A DNA stretch of 64,000 nt, from assembly GCF_000150275.1 (NCBI RefSeq), contig NW_002060956.1, forward strand, positions 256,145-320,144, in the 5' to 3' direction. Under the pieces are notes generated by a model that worked only from the letters and a program-made list of their open reading frames with translations, did not search any database and was not told the origin of the DNA. Of the stretch, positions 27,161 through 44,331 are shown in pieces. Every line of letters begins with the position of its first letter. Positions within the stretch are counted from its first letter, which is position 1. Source of the DNA: Trichoplax adhaerens. Its lineage: Eukaryota > Animalia > Placozoa. A program made the position numbers and the translations under genes.

Positions 27161-28802
27161 ATGGTTGCCAGCAACAGTTTTCGCTCTTACGTTTGGGATC
27201 CATGGTTGATCATTGCCCAGATACTTTGTTTGATTTCAACATTTTATATTTTCTTGGGGTTATGGATGACGCTAATGAACTTGATACTTGGACATCCGCG
27301 TACTCTAGATGAATTTTTCGTATATCAGGTAAAGTACAACCCACATTGTATGTACTGTATATACGTATGGTTTAGTACTTCGCAATGTAATGCCTAATTG
27401 GTATAGTGGGATATTCTGTACGAATTCTTCCCACCATATGTAACTATATTTACTATATTACAATAATAAAAGTCATCGAGGTAGGGACCTTTTTCCTTTT
27501 CCCCTATCATTACGGTAATATACAGTAATATTGCAAAGTTTAATGGCATATAACTCTGTGTAGAGTGTGTAATGTATCCGTTATACATTTAATTTCGGAC
27601 ATTCAAAAATAATTTATCAAATATCACTATTGTGGATTACGCCACAATATAACTGGTTATGCTATATCAGAAAGATTGCATCGATTTTACTTCATTTTTT
27701 GGCAGCTAGTACTATATATATATACAATACGATTCTAAAAATCGTATACGAGCATAGCGATAAATCACTGCTGTGATGGAGTACTTTCGTACACTGTTAA
27801 AGACCATGATATTTCTGATTAACTTCATTAAATAAATGACTTTCCTGTAAGTACAGGATCTACAGTATCTCTCTCTCCCATAAGTGTATAGGGTCAGTCA
27901 ATTAATTATCGCTGTTGGGTTTTATCCGTGTTCATGACGATGAGTACATATATACACGCATACTAAGAAGTTATATTTTTAAGTAACCATATATTTCAAG
28001 TCTAAATTTTAATCAATATCATATACAAATGTAAGTTTGGGTTTATTATCTGTAGCCTTCTGTCTGTATATTGTTGTTTATAGTAATTGATCATGATATC
28101 CTATAGCGAATTCTTTTTCACATGGAATACCTTTGTATTATCAACTTAAAATGTAGGAAATTGTATTTTCATCTGGTAAAGGACGCATGATTATGATTGC
28201 ATTTCTTATTAATTCTCTAACTTGGTAAGTGTATGAATCTGTGATTTGTGTAGCGTATCGAGGGCTTAAGATACCAATATTTTCGATTTTTATTTATAGT
28301 TTCTGCATCAGGGTAATACGTATACTAAAACCATATTAAAACGTATTATCAATAAGATTAGATAAAGCGATACTAATCATGATGATGTTATTATACTTTT
28401 AATCTTAGTGCTGCTGGCTTATGGGTTGTTGTTAGGAGAGCAAAACAGGTAAAATGATTTCCATATCATCAATCGTAACGAAATCGGTGTTCTACTAATA
28501 TGAACAGAAGAGGCACCTATACTATACAATCTATTTTCGATATTAATTCACGTATTGTGTTCTCCTTGATTCAGTGTTTAGATTTTTCTGCAACGGTGTA
28601 CTTTATTCACTTTATATTTTGCTGTGCATACGCTGGATTCCCTCAATCATTATCGTGGTGGATAGTCAATATGATTTGTTTATCTGTCATGGCAATAACT
28701 GGAGAGTATTTGTGTATGAAAACTGAATTAGCTGCTATACCTGTGACTATAGTAACATCTAATAATACTAATATCAATGATAAGAGTAATGTTAATGATT
28801 AA
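27161..28802 (+). CDS. SYS1: Golgi integral membrane protein SYS1 homologue, 167 aa, 4 exons
   Basis: Exons 27161-27328, 28157-28224, 28409-28448, 28575-28802. FRSYVWDPWLIIAQI, VVRRAKQCLDF and GEYLCMKTELAAIP are SYS1 signatures. Confidence 0.95.
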
Positions 28803-29291
28803 AAATAATTGAATGTTTAGAGTCGAAAATGGAGATCTACTGCTATAACTGCAATCTTTGAAATGATATACAGCTTGTTCAATTAAGTCAATTTGCGATA
28901 ATTGTACTCGAAAATGACCTTTTTCATAAAATTAATTTATTGTATGAGTAGTTGAAAATATTATTTAAAGATGATATCATACAAGATGTAGCTTAATTTA
29001 AATTCTGAATAATAACAATGCTTATAAATAGTAAAATTTTAACAAATAAAATCAGGAAAGAATTTCGTTATCAAACAATATACACAGTACAAATGCGATA
29101 TTAAGTTTGCACGGTATAATTTACAAAAACGGAAACATACGAGAAGTCTTCAAATAGTAGGTAAATTGTCATAAAGGCATTGTCGATATTATGCTGTCAA
29201 TAACGAATGAATCCACTATCATAAGATACCGGAGAGTCCATGCAATGACAAATCTTGTCAAAGCTTATATGAAGGATGCAGTAAAATGAAA

Positions 29292-30892
29292 CTAGTCCGG
29301 TTTGGAAAGGATTTTTTCTTTCCATAAGTTGTAGCTTATCTGATTATCGTCACTCTCATCATCAGATTTAACCTCACTTTTGTGTAGAGCCCGATTTTCA
29401 GTTCGATCTAAACGTGATAATAAAAGCGAAATTTCGTATTAATTGCTTGGCGAAGAGCACAAATGGCAGATATGAAGGTGATTTATGTCATTATGACCTA
29501 TTGGAATACCAAGTCGATCTAAACTATTGTTGCCTAGACGCTTGCCCTTCGTTTCTTTTCCTTCTGCTATTTTCATTAGATATTAAGAAAACGTTTTGAA
29601 AGCTAATAAAGGAACGCCATGAACAGAATAATGCTACTGAAAATACGCTCAATTTGAGCTATTTATAATTCACCTATAATTCTGTAGAGAATATTAGTTA
29701 TTTAACTACAAGAAATTCATGATTAGTACCTTCAATCTGTCGTAGGCAGGCTGTTAGAGATTCACATAGATTAGAAAACATGCCTTTGCTGATAGATGCT
29801 TTGCTATAGAGCTTATCCTTGCTAACCCTTACCTTTAAATGCCTACAGTCGGAGAATGAATTGGTTGATTTTTAGATAATTATCATAACTTTAGGATGTA
29901 CTAGCGACTTTGTTGTAATTTACCATGTACGAAGGTACATGTAAGATGGCGTATTTATAACAAATGCATCATGCTTGCGGTACACGGCTTACCTGCATGC
30001 AACACAGAGAGCTGCAGCCGGAAACTGAGGCTTTGTAATGTCAATGCAGTTGTTATTACCATTGGCACATTTACTATTTACGTCTACTGCAAACCTGCAT
30101 GGAGTAATTGGAATGGTGCTTTTTGTCATTACAACTTTTCAAATAGTCATAAATTATGTACAATATAGGGATCAATTTTGATCCTTTTATAAACAAATTC
30201 TATTGAGGTACAATGACTAGGTAATAAATAAATACAATTCAGGTCGAGGTAGCGAATTCATTGACTATCGATACTGCATAAAGGATATGATTTCTTTTGC
30301 TACAGGTGTTAAGAAGTAGACAATTAACGCACTGTACAAACCTATCGAGTAATTTTTCAGCCAAAAGCTCAGCATTGCCTATGCAATTTGCGAAAACGGC
30401 TAGTTCTTTTACCGAGCATGGCTTGGATGCATTGAGTAAAACTTCGTATGTTTTATACATGGTATTATACACTTTTCTTGATGTTCCTGCTAATTTTGCA
30501 GCAAGTGCCTAGCCATCAATATTGGATAAGAATATACAATATTAATGCCGGGGAAGAAAGTCATGACTGACGACAAATTGTATTATTATCAATTAACATT
30601 AAATCATGTTTATCGAGGTGAAATGATGAATTTTGTTTTCTATTTTGTATCATTCATTCATCATTACGTTTGCAATAACAGGTAGACCAACCTTATCGAC
30701 AGACTCATCAAAGAGTGTCGCTGCCAAGTCAATGCATATCACAATTCTGGACGAAGAGGTAGCCGGCAGTAACTTACTTGCATTATTATTGCAGCGAATA
30801 GTAGCTAATCGATAGAATTCGGCTGCTTTCCCTAAAACTGGCTTATTTTCTACTAATAAACGAGCACCATAGTTGGCAATTTGTTTCTCCAT
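29292..30892 (-). CDS. ORC6: Origin recognition complex subunit 6, 6 exons
   Basis: Exons 30692-30892, 30342-30508, 29993-30094, 29730-29842, about 29498/29510-29566, 29292-29407. KAAEFYRL, VICIDLAA, SVKELAVFANC, PQFPAAALCVACRHLKVRVSK and the C-terminal SYNLWKEKIL (equivalent to DYEEWKRKIL) match ORC6. Confidence 0.88.
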
Positions 30893-34106
<3,214 letters not shown>

Positions 34107-34679
34107 TATACTGTCAAGCCAAGAAACTCACTTGCAAGTTGAGAAATTTGCAGATTTATTAACTTCAAAGTGCAAACCGATAGATGTGCGTTTTCTTGAT
34201 ACCTTACTTGCACGACGCTAAAGAATAATCCAGATTTTTGGTATATAATATTACTATAGTTTGCCAATGCTGCACTTTGTATAAGATTTAAAAGGATGTT
34301 GCTGATTATCCATAATACTAATTAACTAATCCCAAATTAATAAAATAAAGTCTACATTATATTCGTACACACCAGTTGGATGGATGATTTTATTCTTGAA
34401 GGTACATACTTGTATATATGTGGTGAAGCATCATGACTAGGGTTAATTATAGGGGAATTTTAATTACTAATTATAGCATGTTCGAGTTTATATGGCTGAA
34501 AATCTTTTTTCGTACTCAGTATTGTGTCGCTAGATACAGTAGATGCTGTACAGATATTGTAGAATATTTAACGGTTTCTTAAGGATACACTATCAGTTAT
34601 AGAAGGTAGTAAACCAGACTCCATAATTACTCCTAGCTCGCCACCCTGCTAGTGGTTTGCAATAATGCAATTTGAGCGT

Positions 34680-35880
34680 TTACTACAGTTATTACAGTAT
34701 ACATATACTGTCATTACCGTTTCTTCGACCGAGTGTATCTGAGTGTACACTGTACAGTACATGTACAGTAAGGAATGCCTCGCTAATGAGCAACAAGGCC
34801 AAAATAAGGCAAAATCTTCAAGCGCCTTAACGTCTAAATTAAAGCCTTTTCAGCTGCTAGTGCGATTTCCAAATCTGTTCTACTGTATACAGTACTGTAC
34901 ACTGTACAGGGTGTAGAAATTCGATCTAGATTAAAAAAAAACAGATAAAATGATCAAAACTTTAAGCAGATATACAGTTTTATGGGTTTTATTCGAAAAT
35001 AAATCATAAAAATATTCACTGACTTATCTAGAAAGAAATTCTACACCTTGTACAGTACAGTACAGTACTGTACACTGTATAAGTACAGTACAGTACAGTA
35101 CGTACAATACTAAGTACAGTAGTTTTCTAGTTTTGACTGTGCTTTACTATAGAAACCACTGTAGTGTGCTATGGTCATAAACTACTAGAAACAACACCTC
35201 AGACGAACGGACTTTTCATATCAGATAAGGCCGTAAATATCGATAAATAGCTACTCCGTATAGATGTTCCGTGCCTGTTTTCTAAATCACTCGTATCGAT
35301 TTGAATATTACTAGTACAAACTCCCGTCGCTTTGCCGACGGTTTACGATAATGTGCTCATTTAACAGATAGTATTACCATTTGATAGACCTGTCAGAGGT
35401 TCAGTAACTTTATAGTTTATACCGTGTACTGTACTATGGCCATACTGTGTACTGTTTTACAATACATTGTATTGTGCTTTACAGTACTGTACAGTACAGT
35501 ACGTCAGTGACTGTACTGTACACTGTAAACGCTAGAATCCGTTGAACGTGAGTTTTTCCCCACTGCTAGATCATCGGATTTGCCTCGCCTGGAGTTGGAA
35601 ACATTTTCTAGTTAGCATCGACTGTTTGTTGTGTGAAATCCACCATGCTTTCCCGTTTTGTTGTACGCTCTACTACTCTCGTACAGTATTTTAATACAGC
35701 AGTGTACAGTACGGTATGCCCATTATGGCCATACTGTACTGTACAGTACTGTACTGTGTACAATTTTACAATACATTGTATTGTGCTGTACTGTACAGTA
35801 CACCGACGCCTTGACGCACAGTGTACAGTACAGCACTGTACAGTACTGTACTGTACGCCAGTGACTGTACACTGTAAACG
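34680..35880. promoter_or_regulatory. Extended TACAG/CTGTA-rich region upstream of COX4
   Basis: Clusters at 34740-34770, 34880-34910, 35050-35120, 35425-35527 and 35700-35877, e.g. GTACAGTACAGTACAGTACTGTACACTGTA. Confidence 0.6.
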
Positions 35881-36022
35881 CTAGAATCCGTTGAACGTGA
35901 GTTTTCCCCACTGCTAGATCATCGGATTTGCCTGGCCTGGCGTTGGAAACATTTTCTAGTTAACATCGACTGTTTGTTGTGTAAAATCCATCATGCTTTC
36001 CCGTTTTGTTGTACGCTCTACT
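35435..36022 (+). repeat. Tandem duplication of the COX4 promoter, 5' UTR and first 10 codons (copy A 35435-35674, copy B 35724-36022)
   Basis: Both copies carry ACTGTAAACGCTAGAATCCGTTGAACGTGAG..CCCCACTGCTAGATCATCGGATTTGCCT..ATGCTTTCCCGTTTTGTTGTACGCTCTACT with only a handful of differences. Confidence 0.92.
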
Positions 36023-37803
36023 GTCACACGACATTTAGCTAGAAAATTTCAGTCAAGTAGCCATGTAGCCAATGCTGAAGCCCCTGCAATTAACCAACAA
36101 CTTAGGGCATTAGAAGAAAAAGCCAAGGGGCCATGGAAAGAATTAAGTGCGCAGGAAAAGATTGCAAGTAAGTTGAGCCTGCTTGCAAATTGATCAGCGA
36201 TAGCCCATCGTTGGTGCTATGACAGTTCTTCTGTGCTTATTTGATCGCCTTTAAAGCTTACTAATTAATAAACAAACTATCCACTCGATTGAATCAGTAC
36301 TTGTGTGCCTTTTATATTAACTTAATTATATTGACTTTTTTGATGGAGCCAATGATGAACGCATACAGTGCATTTCGTACGTCCAACTGCTGTACTGTAG
36401 ATTGTATTGACTACTGTGACATAGAACGTGCAGGGGCTAATCCAGATGGGTAATCGTGACTATGGATCGCAAAAACCATACGCGCCATAGACTCTTTAGA
36501 TCTAGACGACTTGAATGAGAGACAACTGGGTGAAAAATGTCTCCTCAAATTATTTTACACTAATCATAAGTGGTTTGCATAAGAAATAGTACAGTTGAAT
36601 ACTTTTTCACTAGCAAACTTTGGCCGTTGATCGTTTCAGATTCTCAATGTCAAGGGAATACAATATGGGATAGCGATAGTCCTGTAGGACATACGGTATC
36701 AAAGTCTATCCTCAACATACTGCTTCTTGTGCTCTAGAAAATAGTCATCTACACTTCATCAAATCTTAACATACTATTTGCCCCATTTGTTCATGCTTTA
36801 GTGAAATTTTTTTCCTTACTGTGTTTGCCCTAAATAAGTTGTAGTATGCCATTTTGGTTTTGCTCGTACAGTGACTGACTGGACGCGTAGTAGTAGCACT
36901 ACTGTATATACACGTACGCAGATCTCCGAACGAAGCTGCGCATAGACGTATTATGCTTCTTTTTTCTATTTTTTATTTTTTTGTAATAATAAATATTCCT
37001 TTCTAGTTTACCGTCAGTCATTCAAGACAACTGTTGCTGAACATAGAAAACCTGGTCCATCGAAATGGCAACCCGTATTTCTTGGAACTTCGGTGTTAAT
37101 ACTAGTCGCTACCGGTATTTTCATGTTTATGAAAGCAAAAAGTAAGTCTACATCTCTATACCAACTTGTTTCATAGGTGGATGGATTTTAGAATAGAGAG
37201 TACATGCTAGTAGGAAATTGATGTTAAACGTAGGTAGTGTTTTTTAACCTTGATGTAGGGTATCATAGTTTATCGATATAGGAAATGTTATATCAATTTT
37301 ACAGCTTTACCTACGGCACATCTTACCTTACATCAATGATACCGTAGAGAATGGTTTTCTTAGCAGTGCTATAATAGCAAATGGAATGCTATGCCGAATA
37401 GGATAGTAATAACGTGCTACCATTTCTTTTCATGCAGATGATATTACTGTAAAGTAGCCTCTGATAAAAGTATTATTACGTAATAAATACAATTGTGGAT
37501 TAAATGACATATCATTGTACTAATGACGCTAATCTGTTAAAAGTATAGCGTTATGAAAGTTACTCATGTACAAGGCTTTTCCTTACAGTTATCGCTAGCA
37601 GTTGATATTCAACTTGATCGCACACTTAGCCTAAATCCTAACGCAGGAATAATAATTTTAAACATTGTCAATTTTACGTTATGCCTTTTATAGTCAGTCC
37701 ACCAACTCCACGTACAATCAATAAGGAATGGAAGGAAGCTCAAAGACAAAGATTACTTAGTCAACAAGCTAATCCTATTGAAGGCATGTCTAGTAAGAAA
37801 TAG
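35993..37803 (+). CDS. COX4: Cytochrome c oxidase subunit 4, 139 aa, 3 exons
   Basis: Exons 35993-36167, 37007-37141, 37694-37803. Presequence; ALEEKAKGPWKELSAQEKIAIYRQSF; one TM helix; PTPRTINKEWKEAQRQRLLSQQANPIEG. Confidence 0.93.
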
Positions 37804-39049
37804 AAAGTCACAGAATAGAATTTCAGCTGCATCGCGATGTTTGTGGTTTATGAATGTTATTATGAAACGTAAATATCCATCTATATTTTCCAACCACTGA
37901 CACATTTTAAGTTGTTTCCATCTACAGTACATATACATTGTTTACGGATCTATACCTTGCAATGTGACAGTCTTGCACTGGCATTCCTCAAATAATGAGA
38001 CAATAATATAAAAGATTGTGGAAAAATTACCGTTACTGTAGCACGTTATTGTATTTTGTGGTTAAAACCTACCTTTAGCGATGTGTTCAGTGAACTAGAA
38101 GGCTTGGCATGTAACAATTTATGCTTTCAGATTTTTAAGTATTATGATCATAATGGATATTACGGAAATTGCTTTCATTTTACTTCCTGCTATGTTGTAG
38201 TAACTTGATCGTTTTAGAATTGGAGAATAAATATCTTTAAAAATCGTACTGTGGTTGTATCTATCAGATTCGCCCGTTTGATTGATTTATCTTATGCGTT
38301 CAGCGCAATTTTATGATCGATACAGTTTCTGATATCATGCATTCAAACCAACATACCATACCAATATTAGAATTCATTGACTTGAAAAAATTTACTACTG
38401 AAAAATAACTAGTTTGCTTCATTTCAATTTCGGCGTTGCAAGTTACAACCGACCTATTTGGACTTTATTCTATTCATCATATCGAACTAGAAGTGCATTA
38501 CATTTGCGATAAAAAGTATTTATTCTGCCAGTGTGTACAAAGCGTAGGCATGAGATAGTAAAAATTTTATCCTCACTTTAAAATTTACAATAACTGTTGG
38601 AATCAATTGACAGTTACTTATGTAAAAAAATAGAATGATGCAAAATTTAAGCTCGCTGGGGATCTTAACAAATTAATATTACACAGTGTATAGAACAACT
38701 TTATCGCCAAAATATAAAAATGGCAAAATCGAGGATTTGCAATCCCAACTGATGCCGTATTAGTATAAACTTTTTAAGGTACAGTACTAGATATCGTTAA
38801 ATCATTTTTAATGTAGTATGTTCTACAATTTCAATCATAAATATAAGCATCGCCAATTAAATTGTGATAAAGATCATACTGTAAACAGAGTAACCAATTT
38901 TTTCTAATACGTCATACGCAGATTCTCTAAAAAAATACTTTTACGCTTGATAGTAAAAACTTGGAAGAACATTAATACACCAAATACTGCATGAGTATAC
39001 GGTATAGTCGAGATCTGCATAAATCGGTGGTTAGTGCAAATCAATAACG

Positions 39050-42000
39050 TCAAATATATTGTAGTAGGAGTGGATCTTTCTTTAGGATGTTCATCTGGAA
39101 GTTGGTATTTTCCTCACACCTGTAAAAAGGAATAAAAACGATGAGAATTTAGAAATAATTATATGCAATAGGATAATTCGCCTCAAAAAATCCAAATAAT
39201 GGCAGATCGTAAAAGTAATGTTACTACTGCAAATGCTGCCTATTATTTAGAAATTCTAATTAAATACAACAGGTTGGTATTTCTAACTTACTTATTAGTA
39301 TTTACAAAAAAGGGTTTGAATACATGTAGAGGAACATTAGTCTGCGGATCGCTACTTAGCTCCCTGCAGGAGAAAATTGTAATGAGAAGTGATATTAATA
39401 AACGCAATTAGAAATCTTTTATGGTTTTAGCACTGATAAAAGAATTTTAAGCTTACTCTATCTCCCGTCGTAATTTGTCTATTTGATTTGATAATTCATT
39501 TTCTTCTTCTTTTTGAAGTCGAATTTCCTATCCAGAAAACAATTTTATGTGTTAAAGCTTCCGTGTAGAAAAGAGCTTTCATGTAGATAATCTATTTTAG
39601 AATGCAGCAGATATTAGTTTTACCTGCTTTACGGCGATATTTTGTAATGCTAATTCTTTAACACCTTTTGGCATAGAATCGATTATCCGCTAAAAATAAC
39701 AACATAACAACAACATGGAATCAGCTCCTTCATGATCAATAGTATATGTTTGTTTACCTATGCATATTATCAAAGTCAAAAAGCTTATCGATAAATCTTA
39801 CATCTGTTATATCTCCTAGTAATGTTTCTGTCGCTTTGCCTTCGTCTAAGTGCAGCTTTGTACCTTCTATACCAATTAACCCATTTAGATTCCCTAATTC
39901 GCTCTAAAATTTAAAGAAAAAGTATGAGTATAATTATATAAGTATCCAACTGATTTGGTATATTTTAGATTAAGTCATAGCGCAGACCTCTTGTTCTTGA
40001 CGTAAACTATCAATTTGATGCTTTAGTTCGAGTATTTTCATGGCTTTTACAGGATAATCTTTGTCCTATATCAAAAATGTAATAGTACTGTTTAGTAATA
40101 ATCTAATATACATTACAACAGGTGTTAGCTCGAAATTGAAGTCTGTAGTCTATATTTCATTTACCTTATAAGTTAGCAATGTCCTTAACTGCACATTTTT
40201 CTTCCCTAGAACCGCCTCCAAATCACCAAGGCGCATTTCTAGGTCTATGATAAGATAATATTTGATACATGAGCGGATAGTCTTTGTCATAACTTATTTG
40301 CAATCAAGAGTTGCGAATTAACCTGATAATTCTTTATTAGCTTTCTGCTTTGCCACATTTAGCCTGTCTTGTGCTGCAGCTTTATCTTCGTCATATTTAG
40401 AATATATAGATGACATTGCGCCCTATTGCAATAAACATCCATGTCATGTATTACTTATAAATTAAAATTTAGGTAGAAGTTTTAAAGATATCGCATTTAT
40501 TAAAATATTTAATTCTTACCCTAAACATTTGATATCTTTGTAACAATTTCCGTACTTTTCCATACTATGTAAAAAAGGGTAATACAGTGGTATACAGTAT
40601 TAGTGGTGAGCTAGTTTAAACTTTGAATATGGCACTGCCAAGCCTATTTACCGCTTCTTTTTCTATTTCATTGATCTCGCCTATAAGTCGGCTGTTTTCA
40701 TTTGTTCTTTAATTTTAAATTAAGGCAAAATGTATAAAGTATATATATGTACTATTTCCATTTTATCTTGCTTTATCAATATCTCTTGTAGATTTGTATT
40801 TCACAACTAATTCAGCGATAATTATAGTATAATCAAATACGGTGAGTCCTATCCTGTACTACATACAGTGAAATTAATATACTGTAGTAGGAATAAACAT
40901 ACTGCCTCTGCATACTTCAGATACACAGTATTTGCATTTCACTTCAGAATTAGCGACGTACCATTATATATATATATATATATAAGTTTCACTATTTAGC
41001 AGAAATGTAAGAATATATTCTGCTGGTTCATCAGCAATACTTGCAAAAGTAGTTATATACTTGTTATACTGCAATGGGCTCGTGAAAAATTATGCCACCG
41101 GCATCCTACCGCAGATATCAAATGGTATACGCCTATCAAGTTATATCCACAGTGGGTTCCACACTATAGCTGTCTAGTCAGAACGCAGGCCGTTGCCCTA
41201 GCAACGGCCATGCATTACGGCTACATTCTATGGTTTTCTATCTAGTGCTTTACCACGGACTTCTATGCACTTATATGCAAATACTGTACTTCAGTGTAGC
41301 ATTCTATACTTCTACTTGATACTGAATAATATATACATTCCGCCGTAGTTGTAAAATAGGATCGTAATTTAAAATAATTTAGGATACAAATAAGAATATC
41401 GTTGTTGTTGTTCAGTGATTCCTTTTTCCGCTATTTTAATTTGAGTCTATAAATTAAAAAAATTGAAATACGTCATTCAACTAAATATGTCAATAATTTC
41501 TGCCTTTCATTCAGAAATTATAGACACTATCGCTATTCGAGAACATATAATTTTACACATTTAGGAGCTGACTATAGTTCCAAAGTACGACATGAACTAA
41601 ACGGAATAGCACAGTAGTAGCTATGATTTGCAATCTAATATTGTCCCGAAATACTGGTGCCGACGATATCAATTATAAAAATATGAGAGAACCCAAGCAT
41701 AATGCGTTTTGTAGCAGATTAATATGTTAGTAAGAATCAGAATAAATTCAAAATCCAAGATCATAAATAAAGTATCATAAGCTATCGGATTCGGAGTCAT
41801 GATTTACTCGAAATCGGCGTTCATCATGTATTTACTATTTACAACGGGAAGGACACACGGCATGTAATGATAATACTTAACTTTTGAATTAATATATAAT
41901 TTGTGTTAAGGATTACTTTGATATAAAGCTAACCTGTAATAATGCGACTTCTTTCAATTTTCTTTCTAAAACGACACTGAGTGGAATCTCATCTCGCTTG

Positions 42001-42305
42001 ATCCAAGAGTGATAACAGCACATGAGTGAACAACTTTCTCCTGCCCGTTTTTTATCATGCACTTGCGTTAGGTTTGATTGAATATTTCTTTCAACGACAT
42101 TATTAAGCGCTGGAAGTTGAACTCTGCGAGTGGTGTGTTTCTGGCTCTTACTTGTCGAGCCTAATACGTCCCTGATATAACGATTGTTTGATATTGCCTT
42201 AACGTCTTCATTATTCCATCTCGAAAATATTTTGTCGTTCGATTTAACACTTCTTTGCCAATTGTGTGGGGAATAACCAGAAATAACGCTTTTTACAGAT
42301 GCCAT
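39050..42305 (-). CDS. C20orf96: Coiled-coil protein, C20orf96 / DUF4618 homologue, 12 exons
   Basis: Exons 41934-42305, 41388-41446, 40652-40706 and nine more small exons down to the TGA at 39050-39052 splice in frame. LLTYKDKDYPVKAMKILELKHQIDSLRQEQESELGNL and the C-terminal KCEENTNFQMNI resemble C20orf96 (YMDHEY..K..QI..L; KCTPDMDVILNIP). The start codon is less certain. Confidence 0.75.
40707..41387 (-). other. Probable U12-type (minor) GT-AG intron in the C20orf96 homologue
   Basis: Donor TT|GTATCCTAA; branch-like TTTGCCTTAAT about 13 nt before the AG; no polypyrimidine tract (TTAAAATTAAAG|). Confidence 0.72.
41192..41205. promoter_or_regulatory. RFX X-box (GTTGCCCTAGCAAC)
   Basis: Fits the GTTGCC-NN-RGCAAC consensus and sits inside the inverted repeat GGCCGTTGC-CCTA-GCAACGGCC (41188-41209). 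Confidence 0.65.
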
Positions 42306-44331
42306 GCTATAACTTTCATTAAAATACAAACACTAAATGATACTGATCTATTATGATGCCTATATATACGCGTATAAAAAAATAGACAAAATTAACCATA
42401 GATCATAACGTGAGAGATTACTTTTTACCAAGATATAAAAGTAAACTATTATGCACAGTAACGAGTAAAATTGCTGTATTTATACTTGTAAATGCTGAAT
42501 AATACAGAACAGTGTATGTGTTTAATGATTAGCAACAGTTAATATGAGAGCAAACTATATTTACTGCATTTAATACGCAAGTCTACTATGTTGGGGGCCA
42601 GACAACCAGACTTCTGGACTAAAGTTGTTTGTATATGGTCTACTCATCGCCAAGATTTATGATGCACTAAGAATAGCTAGTGCTGATACATTTAATGCAA
42701 TGTTGATGGAAACCGACTTCAATAGCTATCTCGATTTTCATTTTACCCATATTACAAAATTGGATTATGCATTTATCAAATATTATTTGACATTCAATCT
42801 ATTTTTCTTCGGATCATAAAATAGAGAGCATTGATCTGTCAAGTTTACCAGCCACGAACATGTTAAATCTTTATGCTAAAAGAGTACGAAAGGGAAAGCG
42901 TTGATCTAACAATCTTTAATGAAGCAATGTCTTATTATTAATTATATATAAGTGTTAATATATACAGTGTACGCGTATTGTACTTAAGAATACTTCGACA
43001 GGAAATTATTAGAGACTATCAAGAATTGATGTATTAAATATGACTGAATTTATATAATTAACCACCATATGGATCTCTTTTAATGTAATATCATGGCGTA
43101 AAATATATCTAATCCATGTATGGACGGTTTACAGTGGAATATTTAATAATTTCCATTATAAATTAAAAATGAAATCCTTATTTTTGTTTGTCGATCTAGA
43201 TCTGTCAGTTTACTAAGTGCTGAAAGAATTTAGAATATATACTGGTGAAGAAAAAAATAGCTAGTAATGAATTTTACAGACATATTCATAGTGATACATT
43301 TTAAAAAAACTGTACGAATCTTTCTGATCTTTCACTACTAAAATTAGCCCAACAAAAGCTTTATGATGTGCCTAGCAAAATACATAATTCTAGCTTAATA
43401 CAGGTAAAATCAAAAACAAAACTATTTCGAGTGACATAATTAGTAACACCAGTTTAATGTAGTTAGAGACGATTAGAGCTAAAAAGATCAATAATTATAA
43501 TAGATCTCCATTCAGTAAGATTAATAGACCAGCAGCTTTATACTTTTATTAGCCAAAAACGCATATTCAGCACTCATATAGTTTGAATCCATTAAAACTA
43601 TGACAAATGATAGAAATGTCTAAGCCACTAGAATAGTGGGGAAAATTCGTGAGACTTGCCTTTAGTATTGAAACAGTATCACTATAGTTGTCCCCATTAA
43701 GTGATTACTGCACTTGGCCACTGTCTTCCTCGCTACTACTTCTACCACTATAATTTAATGACTTATATATAAAATGTGTACTTATTCAATATTTCTGTAC
43801 GACAAATGCGTAAATAGGTAAATCTCTAGCTATTAAAGGTATTATACATTTAGGATATACAGATTTTTTTACAGTACTGATAGTTGATTACAATTTATCG
43901 TCAAAAAAATGATTACTTAGAAGTAGTTACTTCAAGGCAAAATTTCGGAAATAATCTCACGATAGCAAAAATCTTACGCATGGTACGTTATTTACTTTCT
44001 TACATTACTTCACAATCAAAATATAACCTGTGGGTAGCGCTACAGCAAGGGAAAATCAGCATAGAATAATGCATTGTATAAAAACATAATCGACTTAAAT
44101 AGTCAATGTAGAACTCCATTTCAAAATACCCATCAAGACATAAAATTAGCGACTCAGTATTATGACATATTCGACTTAGCAAAAATTTTCTATATTAGAG
44201 TAGTATGCAGGTTCAATTAAACTCCAATTTTTATCAGGATGGTTCTCGCAGAATCGTAATATGCTACCATTGACTATGAAAATTACAGGCATGTAGAATC
44301 TTTGATGATATAAACAAAAAAGATCAATACA

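Noticed and set aside
30280-30288. ATATCCTTT on the minus strand in ORC6 intron 2 (also on the plus strand at 25561)
   Set aside because: ORC6 splices in frame with GT-AG sites and there is no matching U12 branch; expected by chance in AT-rich DNA.
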